From the IMG/VR virus record IMGVR_UViG_3300010334_000023, positions 152,499 through 216,498 of that record: a stretch of 64,000 bases of DNA; one strand, given 5' to 3'. The notes under the pieces were generated by a model. That model did no database searches. It was not told the origin of the DNA and saw nothing but the letters and a program-made list of their open reading frames with translations. This document shows, piece by piece, positions 53,266 through 64,000 of the stretch. Positions within the stretch are counted from its first letter, which is position 1. Every line of letters begins with the position of its first letter. The position numbers and the translations under genes are program-made.

Positions 53266-54076
53266 CCGCTAAGATAAGATGGTTTTCACCATCTGATATG
53301 GTCACATGCTCATCTGCGCAGTCCACATGATAGTGTGTGCCCAGCATGGTCTGTAGGGCGATGCTCTCGCGCAGCACAGGACTGCCTATGTCCAGACCAA
53401 ACACTGGCATGGCAGCATAGGCACCCTCTTTGTAGCCTGTGATCTTGTACACACGCTGCTGTCCAGCGTTGGTTATGCGCAGCCACTGGCCTCGCACTTC
53501 CACATGCTCTACCAGGCTGTTGGCCAAGAACGCCCCGATGCCTTCGGCTGTGGGTTCTGCTACCTGAGCGGGTTTTTGTTTTTCTTGGCTGGGTTTTGGC
53601 TCGCTCACCGTGGCTGGAGCCTGAGCCTTGGTGTCGATGGGTTCGTCCTTGACTTCTACCTTGCCTGGGTCCAGGTTCACGTTGGCTCTGACATGATCTT
53701 CAGACAGCGTTTCAAACTTGCCCTCGGGCATGTCGTAAGCATGGAACTGCCACTCCTTATTAGCGGTTAGGTTGCTGACCTGCTTACACATCTCTACCAG
53801 TCTGTTTGGATATTCGTCGTTGCGTGTCATTTCCACGAATACCAAGTAATAACCATCGTCTGTGGGAGCCGGGCTCACGTCTGTGTCCAGTGGGCGTATG
53901 CTGCTCTTTTCTATGAATATGCTGAGATCTATTGCAGGATCGTGGTCAACCACGTAGAATCCAGTGACTATCACCCTGCGATCATCGATCTTGCTCTCAT
54001 ATTCATCGATGGTGACCAGTGGCATGACCAGATGCTCCAAGGCGTGGCGAGTTAGTCCTTCGCTGAGCTTGCTCAT
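53255..54076 (-). CDS. Hypothetical protein
   Basis: 273 aa, ATGA-coupled. Confidence 0.8.
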   Translation of the reverse strand: MSKLSEGLTRHALEHLVMPLVTIDEYESKIDDRRVIVTGFYVVDHDPAIDLSIFIEKSSIRPLDTDVSPAPTDDGYYLVFVEMTRNDEYPNRLVEMCKQVSNLTANKEWQFHAYDMPEGKFETLSEDHVRANVNLDPGKVEVKDEPIDTKAQAPATVSEPKPSQEKQKPAQVAEPTAEGIGAFLANSLVEHVEVRGQWLRITNAGQQRVYKITGYKEGAYAAMPVFGLDIGSPVLRESIALQTMLGTHYHVDCADEHVTISDGENHLILAVDA

Positions 54077-54585
54077 CCCTGTTTCACTGCCTTTTCGCTA
54101 TCAATGCCCTCGGCTTCCGCATCGTCAACGGTTTCGGTATCAACTTCCTCTTCGTACTGATCCATGACTTCCTTGTCGAGGTTGCGCACAAACTTGCGCG
54201 GTATCAGCATGTCAATCAGCCAGATCCTAACCTTCTTCATCTTGGGCTTCTTGGTGCCTGGCTGATAATCGCTCTCGGATTTGACCTTGATGGGTACCAG
54301 TTCTTCGGCCTTGCTATAGGATATCTTGGTGCCGTGCTGCAGAAGCCTCAGGCCACCCTCGGGGTCCGGCATCTTCTTGTATGGATACTTGAGCGTGATC
54401 TTGATCCAGTAGGGCCTGGTGAAAGGTCCTGCTACCACTTCACCTAGCTCCCAGTTCTTGTAGACATAGAGATTGTTGCTGTCTAGATAGTTTTCAATGT
54501 CAATGAGGATGTCGATCAGGTCCTCGTTGTCTGAGATCCTGTTTACTACTTCCTGTGCGGATTTGCTGTCATGTTGATGCGGCAT
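54073..54585 (-). CDS. Hypothetical protein
   Basis: 170 aa; ATG 5 nt after ATAAATA. Confidence 0.8.
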   Translation of the reverse strand: MPHQHDSKSAQEVVNRISDNEDLIDILIDIENYLDSNNLYVYKNWELGEVVAGPFTRPYWIKITLKYPYKKMPDPEGGLRLLQHGTKISYSKAEELVPIKVKSESDYQPGTKKPKMKKVRIWLIDMLIPRKFVRNLDKEVMDQYEEEVDTETVDDAEAEGIDSEKAVKQG

Positions 54586-54590
54586 GGAAA

Positions 54591-54597
54591 TATTTAT
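54591..54597 (-). promoter_or_regulatory. Late promoter motif ATAAATA
   Basis: Intergenic. Confidence 0.55.
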
Positions 54598-54618
54598 CCA
54601 TGCCGCAACAGTGAGTGT

Positions 54619-55377
54619 TTATTCTTCGCCGTACATGCGCAATATGTCAGTGATCACAGGATGGCGTTCCACGCTGTCCTTGTCAAAGTGGCAGACTGCT
54701 ATGCTGGGAGTGCCGTCAAAGCGAGCGATAAAGTCAGTTAAGCCGTTATCCTTGCCACGATCACTCTGGCGTACGTCGCCGGTTATGATCATCTTGGTGC
54801 CCTCACCTATGCGTGTGAGAGCGCTGAGCATGCTGTTGCGGGTGGTGTTCTGAGCTTCGTCCAGTATCACTATGGCGTTCTTGAAGGTCCGTCCGCGCAG
54901 ATAGGCCACTGGTACCAGTTCTATGGTACCTTCCTCTATCATGTGAGCGATCTCTTTCATGCCAAAGTGTTCTTCGAACACGTCTAGCACAGGTTTGGTC
55001 CAAGGGGCCATCTTTTTCAGTATGTCACCCGGTAAGAAACCTATGTCCTTGTCATCAACTGCGATGTTGGGTCTGGTTATGACCACCTTGCTCACTGCTC
55101 GTGACTGCAGCTGCTGTATGGCATATAACGTCGCGAGGTAGGTCTTGCCGCTGCCGGCGTAACCAAGTGCGAATACCATGTTGATTGAGGGATCTTGCAG
55201 GGCTTCTATGTAAGCTTCCTGCGCTATGTTCTTGGGTAGCAGCCGTATTCGCTGCCGTTGGGGACTTCGATGGAACTGTTCTATCCTTACCACGTTCCCA
55301 TGTTGTGTTTCAGTGTGCTTGTAGAAATCATTCTCATTGTTCGCTCGATACGCAGAGCGACGCGCACGTTTAGCCAA
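54619..55377 (-). CDS. phoH: PhoH-like ATPase
   Basis: GYAGSGKT; ITRP; GFLPGD; AYLRGRTF; LDEAQN; TRIGE; ITGD..Q.D; VERHP. TTG start with GGAGGAG SD. Confidence 0.95.
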   Translation of the reverse strand: MAKRARRSAYRANNENDFYKHTETQHGNVVRIEQFHRSPQRQRIRLLPKNIAQEAYIEALQDPSINMVFALGYAGSGKTYLATLYAIQQLQSRAVSKVVITRPNIAVDDKDIGFLPGDILKKMAPWTKPVLDVFEEHFGMKEIAHMIEEGTIELVPVAYLRGRTFKNAIVILDEAQNTTRNSMLSALTRIGEGTKMIITGDVRQSDRGKDNGLTDFIARFDGTPSIAVCHFDKDSVERHPVITDILRMYGEE

Positions 55378-55405
55378 AGGCTCCTCCTGGGTTCTTGACC
55401 AACAA

Positions 55406-55412
55406 TATTTAT
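55406..55412 (-). promoter_or_regulatory. Late promoter motif ATAAATA
   Basis: Upstream of phoH. Confidence 0.5.
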
Positions 55413-55460
55413 GGTTGATGTTCGATATCACAGCGCAAAGGTCCGTGCCTGTGCTAGAGC

Positions 55461-55466
55461 TAAATA
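55461..55466 (+). promoter_or_regulatory. Late promoter motif TAAATA
   Basis: Upstream of the 1391-aa virion gene. Confidence 0.55.
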
Positions 55467-55493
55467 AGCAGAGTTTTTGGATCATCCGCAGCC

Positions 55494-58400
55494 ATGGCAA
55501 TAGACCCTAATACCATCGATACCCAGTTTCCTGTCGCTAATCAAGACAATGATAGCCAGGGATTTAGGAACAATTTCTCGGCTATCCAAGAGAACTTCAT
55601 ACAGGCCAACGCAGCAATAAGCAGCCTGCAGGCCACCACGATAGGTTTAGCCGGACCGGTATACACGCCAATAGCCAGCAATCTAACATCTGGATCAGTC
55701 ACGCTGATCACGGAATTCCAGACCAGCTCAGGCAATTCTACCCTGACCTTCCCTGGTACCAGTGCTGTGGTGTTGCCTGTGGGCAACAGCAGCCAACGTC
55801 CAAACCCAGTGATAGGTCAGATACGCTATAACACTGACACCAATCAGATCGAATATTACAACAGCACCAACTGGTATCCAGTGGGTCCAACAGGTCCCAC
55901 AGGTGCTGACAGTGTCGTAACTGGTCCAACTGGTCCGGCCAATGGTCCTACCGGACCTACTGGTCCGCTGGGCCTGCAGGGTGTGCCTGGACAGCAAGGG
56001 TTCCCAGGCATACCAGGACCAACTGGTCCAACTTCCGTGATCACTGGACCAACTGGTTACACAGGTCCCACATCTAACATATCTGGACCAACTGGCCCAA
56101 CTGGCATCACCGGACCAACAGGTCCCACTGGTGCAACAGGCCCTACTGGCTACACTGGTCCCACAGGTCCCACAGGTGAGACTGGTCCAACTGGACCAAC
56201 TGGTATCACTGGACCCACGGGCATAGGCATACCAGCTCCGCCCGTGCGCAGCGTGCAGTTCAATGCTGGTAGCAATGTGTTTGGTGGCAGCAGCCTCTTT
56301 ACCTGGGGCACCGACAATGTGCTCAACGTCAACAGCATACTGAGCCAGAACACCCAGATCGTTAATGATGTGATACGCAATAGGTTGGCCTCGGCTAATC
56401 TCGTGCTACAGACACCTGTTGACGGCGGCGTCTACGTGAGCAACGATTTCTATGTGCAGGGCATATCACACAGGACAGCACCACACGTCACTGGCGTGAT
56501 GTACGTGACCGTGGACGGTGACGATGCCAACACTGGCTTGGCAGAAGATCGCGCCAAGCGTACCATAGCCAGCGCTTGCTCAGCAGCAGCACAGCTCATA
56601 GCCAATCCCAGCACGCCTTGGATATACTGCACTATATATGTGCGGGCGGGTGTGTATACCGAGCCAAATCCCATATTGGTTCACAGCGGCATCACGGTGT
56701 TTGGCGATAACCTACGTTCTGTTACCGTGACTCCGCTCAATCCAACATTGGACATATTCTGGCTCAACCCCAAGACATATCTCTATGGCATGACATTCCG
56801 TGGCCATCAGTATCCTGCTGCAGCTGTGCAGTTTCCAGAGAATGGAACCACTGTTATACATGAACTGCATGACTGGGCGTCTCCATACGTGCAGAACTGC
56901 TCAAGCATCACCCTGGGCAAGTATCAAGGCAACGTGCAGATAAGCGAAGCTGGCACTGGTATGATCGTGGACGGTGTTCGTGGTCGCAAGCTCAGTGCGC
57001 CAGATTTTGGCAACGTGATAGTACCGACCATGACCACATGGACCAGCGGCAACACCGCAGTGTTCTATCAAGCCTACGCACCAACCTGGAGTGGTAACGT
57101 GGCAGTGGGTTGGCTAGCTCAGAGCGGCATCGAAGGCAGCCCTGCGGTGGTGACCAGCGTTGGTACAACTACCATTGACGGCAACCCAGCCTACACTTAC
57201 TCGCTAGACGAGTTTGACTACAATACCGTAGACATATATACCTTTGACAACGTGCTGACCAGCACTAGTGCTATCATACTCAACAACACCAGCCCGGGAT
57301 TTGGTGACACGGTGGTTGGGGGATGGTATATGCAGAGTCCTGCCTATCCAGGCTTTGTCAACGCATACACGCTGTTGCGAGCCAACATACCATTCATACA
57401 GGCACAGGTAGTAGCCTACATGCAGGCTGAATTTGGCTATCCTGCCACCAGCACTAGTGCCAGAGATATCGGATACATAACCGATGCAGTTTGCCGCGAT
57501 CTCCTTGCCAGCAACTATGACCTAGCGCTGCAGGCAGGAGAATATTTCTGGACTGAGACAGCAAATGGTCCGGTCAGCGTGCTACCTCCCAGCAGCATAG
57601 CTATCTGCCTAGCTGGCATACAGTTTGCTAGCCAAATAGCACAGACCGCGATTACCAATACCAGCTTCGCTCCTGTATATGATCCCGGAACTCCGCAGGT
57701 TTTCTACGTCTATCTAGGCGACAGCGGTAGAATAGCTGTGACCACCGTGGCTACCAACTACAACATAGTGCTTGAAATCATTCAGAACGGCCCATATAAC
57801 AATCCGCTTGCCAACGGCCAGAGGCTCATGGAGAGCAACAGGCTATTCGCACAGAACGAAGTGGTAGCATACGTAAACACCCTGTATCCGGACACGTTAT
57901 ATAACGCTACTCTGCAGGCTCAGTGCTATCGTGATGTTGGTTATCTCTGGGATGCTATTACCTATGATACCTATCATCTAGGCAATGCTCAGAGCGTGAC
58001 AGATGCGCTGTTCTACTGGGATGGCGCCACATCGCGCATACCAGGCGAGATACCACAGACTGTGAATGCTTTTATCTATGCCAATCAATTGGCCATTAAC
58101 GTGCTCAACAACACACAGACTGCTCCGTTATATCAGAGCAACATAGCTCAGGTCATAGACAACACGCTGGTTGGTGGCAACGTGGTGGTACAGTATGTGA
58201 ATCAACTGTTTGCCTACGTTGAAGACATCGTGGCCAATGGGGCAGGAGCTGCACCCGTGATGTATAACACCACGGGACCTGGCACGCCAATAAGCAGCGT
58301 GACCTATCAGCCAGGTTACGATAGCATGAACGGTAACAATGCTTGGCTCATAGAGTTCGCTGGCCCCATACCCGGCACAAGCTGGCCATATCCGCTGAGC

Positions 58401-59669
58401 AATCCAAACCTCACATATCCGATCTACAACCTGGTGTTCACCAGCCAGGGTGGACCATTTACCTTCGTGCCATTCAAGAGCACGCTGCCCTATCGCGGAC
58501 AGGGCCTGAACAGCATGGTGCTTGATGCATTCACTCAATACAACGAGATAGGCTACACTCCCGTGCCAGTGCCTCTGGGAACCGTTGACAACAACGCTCT
58601 GAACCATGGTGGTAACGGCATAGTGATCAAGAACGGTGGCTACGCTCAGCTGGTTTCGATCTTTGAGATCTGCTGCAACATCGGAGTCATCTGCCAAAGC
58701 GGTGGCACCTGTTCCATAACCAACTCAAACACTGACTTTGGCAACTATGGCCTCTGGGCCGATGGTATGAGCGATGAACAATACGTCTGCAACATAGATA
58801 ACACAGCAGTACCTGCGGGATTCACTAATGGTACCGCAGGGCTGTGGTACGTGAACAACCTACCTCTGTTCAATGCCGCAGCACCTAACCAGGGCTATGT
58901 GCGACCCTATGTGGGGCAGGTGTGCTATGTTGGTCAGCTCTACTATTACATACAAGCAGCTAACGTCACCGTGGGTGGCAGTGGGTACATAGCACCGCCC
59001 AGCATATCAATAAACCTAGACAGCACACAATATCAGGCTTTCATATTGGCAGGTGGTACCATTGCGCAGGCGCAGCCAATAATGGCCCTAGACGGTGGCA
59101 GCTATCTGGGTTCTCCTACCTATTACGTTGAACAGGTCAGCATCATAGTAAGCGGTAGCCAATACACGGCTTTGGACCTAGCTAAACCTGACTTCTTTGT
59201 GTTCAGCGCGCCAGAGAACCCAGGTGGTACAACCGCAGCAGCAACGCCAATAGGCTACCCGATCTACTACACGATTACCTACGGCACAAGCACAGGTAGC
59301 GGACAAGGCACTGTAGTGCTCGATGAGAACTTACCATATGTTCCGGTCAACGGTGCTCCCATGCACATGTTCCAAGTCAGCAGGATCATCACCAGCAGCC
59401 ACTGCATGGAATACGTGGGATCGGGTACTGATATCGCCAAGTGCATACCGGCAAGAACCAGCAGCCTAGCAGGCAATGCACCTGATCAAACACATGAAGT
59501 GGTGATGACCAACGGCGGCAGGGTAGCATATACCACTACTGACCACCTTGGTAACTTCAGGATCGGACCCGAATTGGTGATAAATCAAAACACAGGTACG
59601 CTGTCTGGACGCACGTTCCAGAAGAGCCTGTTCGCAATTATGACGCCATATATACTGGCGCTACAATGA
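55494..59669 (+). CDS. Virion fibre/tailspike-like protein: N-terminal anchor, Gly-Pro-Thr collagen stalk, pectate-lyase-like beta-helix
   Basis: About 110 aa of GPT repeats (55880-56220); [22 protein letters not shown] and GDNLRSVTV resemble beta-helix entry motifs; late promoter. Confidence 0.7.
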   Translation: MAIDPNTIDTQFPVANQDNDSQGFRNNFSAIQENFIQANAAISSLQATTIGLAGPVYTPIASNLTSGSVTLITEFQTSSGNSTLTFPGTSAVVLPVGNSSQRPNPVIGQIRYNTDTNQIEYYNSTNWYPVGPTGPTGADSVVTGPTGPANGPTGPTGPLGLQGVPGQQGFPGIPGPTGPTSVITGPTGYTGPTSNISGPTGPTGITGPTGPTGATGPTGYTGPTGPTGETGPTGPTGITGPTGIGIPAPPVRSVQFNAGSNVFGGSSLFTWGTDNVLNVNSILSQNTQIVNDVIRNRLASANLVLQTPVDGGVYVSNDFYVQGISHRTAPHVTGVMYVTVDGDDANTGLAEDRAKRTIASACSAAAQLIANPSTPWIYCTIYVRAGVYTEPNPILVHSGITVFGDNLRSVTVTPLNPTLDIFWLNPKTYLYGMTFRGHQYPAAAVQFPENGTTVIHELHDWASPYVQNCSSITLGKYQGNVQISEAGTGMIVDGVRGRKLSAPDFGNVIVPTMTTWTSGNTAVFYQAYAPTWSGNVAVGWLAQSGIEGSPAVVTSVGTTTIDGNPAYTYSLDEFDYNTVDIYTFDNVLTSTSAIILNNTSPGFGDTVVGGWYMQSPAYPGFVNAYTLLRANIPFIQAQVVAYMQAEFGYPATSTSARDIGYITDAVCRDLLASNYDLALQAGEYFWTETANGPVSVLPPSSIAICLAGIQFASQIAQTAITNTSFAPVYDPGTPQVFYVYLGDSGRIAVTTVATNYNIVLEIIQNGPYNNPLANGQRLMESNRLFAQNEVVAYVNTLYPDTLYNATLQAQCYRDVGYLWDAITYDTYHLGNAQSVTDALFYWDGATSRIPGEIPQTVNAFIYANQLAINVLNNTQTAPLYQSNIAQVIDNTLVGGNVVVQYVNQLFAYVEDIVANGAGAAPVMYNTTGPGTPISSVTYQPGYDSMNGNNAWLIEFAGPIPGTSWPYPLSNPNLTYPIYNLVFTSQGGPFTFVPFKSTLPYRGQGLNSMVLDAFTQYNEIGYTPVPVPLGTVDNNALNHGGNGIVIKNGGYAQLVSIFEICCNIGVICQSGGTCSITNSNTDFGNYGLWADGMSDEQYVCNIDNTAVPAGFTNGTAGLWYVNNLPLFNAAAPNQGYVRPYVGQVCYVGQLYYYIQAANVTVGGSGYIAPPSISINLDSTQYQAFILAGGTIAQAQPIMALDGGSYLGSPTYYVEQVSIIVSGSQYTALDLAKPDFFVFSAPENPGGTTAAATPIGYPIYYTITYGTSTGSGQGTVVLDENLPYVPVNGAPMHMFQVSRIITSSHCMEYVGSGTDIAKCIPARTSSLAGNAPDQTHEVVMTNGGRVAYTTTDHLGNFRIGPELVINQNTGTLSGRTFQKSLFAIMTPYILALQ

Positions 59670-59684
59670 TGAGGATAGAGTGAC

Positions 59685-60137
59685 ATGGCCGGTATTCCAT
59701 TAAACACGTTCAAGACGGTAACCAGCTACCTACAGTATCTGGCGCCAAACACTGCCCAACCGCCTGGCACACCAACTCCTCCCAGCGGCAGTCCTGCCAA
59801 CACTTACTGGGTATACACAGCCCCTCCTGGCACCACGGGCATCGTGCTATACATGCAGGTAGCCAACATCAGTGCCAACACCACATATTATGCCAGCGCT
59901 TGGCACTATAGGGCAGTTACCAACTATCTCGTTGATCCTCCGGTGACTAGCCAGATCTTCACCACAATAGTGAACGATGTCAGCTGTCCTGTAAATGATG
60001 CCAGGGTCATGCTGGGCGGCAAGCTGGTGTTAGAAACAGGTGATCAGCTGTATGTGGCAGGCTCAGACAACACAGCAACATCAACCAGCGGATACCTGCA
60101 GCTATTAGTGAGCATCCTGGAATCGGCTAATCAGTGA
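59685..60137 (+). CDS. Small putative virion protein
   Basis: 150 aa beta-rich; YTAP...IVL..QVANI...KLVLETGD; lies between two fibre genes. Confidence 0.7.
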   Translation: MAGIPLNTFKTVTSYLQYLAPNTAQPPGTPTPPSGSPANTYWVYTAPPGTTGIVLYMQVANISANTTYYASAWHYRAVTNYLVDPPVTSQIFTTIVNDVSCPVNDARVMLGGKLVLETGDQLYVAGSDNTATSTSGYLQLLVSILESANQ

Positions 60138-60152
60138 TGGGCAGCAACAACC

Positions 60153-60159
60153 ATAAATA
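60153..60159 (+). promoter_or_regulatory. Late promoter motif ATAAATA
   Basis: Upstream of ATG 60184. Confidence 0.55.
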
Positions 60160-60168
60160 TCTGGCTAA

Positions 60169-64000
<3,832 letters not shown>

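Overview
Gene-dense (about 90 CDS, many ATGA/TAATG/TGATG-coupled) 64 kb segment that reads as part of a large tailed-phage (jumbo/T4-like) genome. The assignment is inferred from T4-type TAAATA late-promoter motifs, thyX, phoH, a T4-RNase-H-like exonuclease, a MoxR/VWA pair, a holin-like gene and very large fibre proteins; no capsid, terminase or polymerase gene lies in the window. Standard genetic code 11 fits. Blocks: (1) 1-10.2 kb (+), a coupled glyco-tailoring operon with a GT8-like gene, four paralogous GT-A-like genes, two methyltransferase-like paralogues and two radical SAM/SPASM-type enzymes. (2) 10.3-13.7 kb (+), thyX, a CysC-like kinase, an HxGH nucleotidyltransferase and a secreted YHYH protein. 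(3) 13.7-30.9 kb (-), small sigma70-driven genes, MoxR/VWA, RNase H, then a 7-deazaguanine DNA-modification cluster: queE, queD, folE, a TGT/DpdA-like gene, a GT-B and a DpdL-like T-fold gene, with no queC in the window and a candidate preQ1-I-like RNA element in front of queD. (4) 30.9-41.6 kb (-), repeat-rich virion fibre genes. (5) 42-46 kb, dnaJ-def-clpA and a T4-T-like holin candidate. (6) 46.7-52.1 kb (+), a sugar-nucleotide operon built around a RuBisCO-like protein (form IV, non-carboxylating residues), followed by two GT2-TPR protein glycosyltransferases. (7) 52-55.4 kb, a phosphoribosyltransferase and phoH. (8) 55.5-64 kb (+), a collagen/beta-helix protein and a >1270 aa Gly-X-Thr collagen ORF that runs off the window. 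Best candidates for undescribed biology: an RLP-based glycan pathway that may coat Thr-rich collagen virion fibres, and a QueC-less deazaguanine cluster with an embedded glycosyltransferase and a possible riboswitch. All functional calls come from motif reading only; no database search was run.
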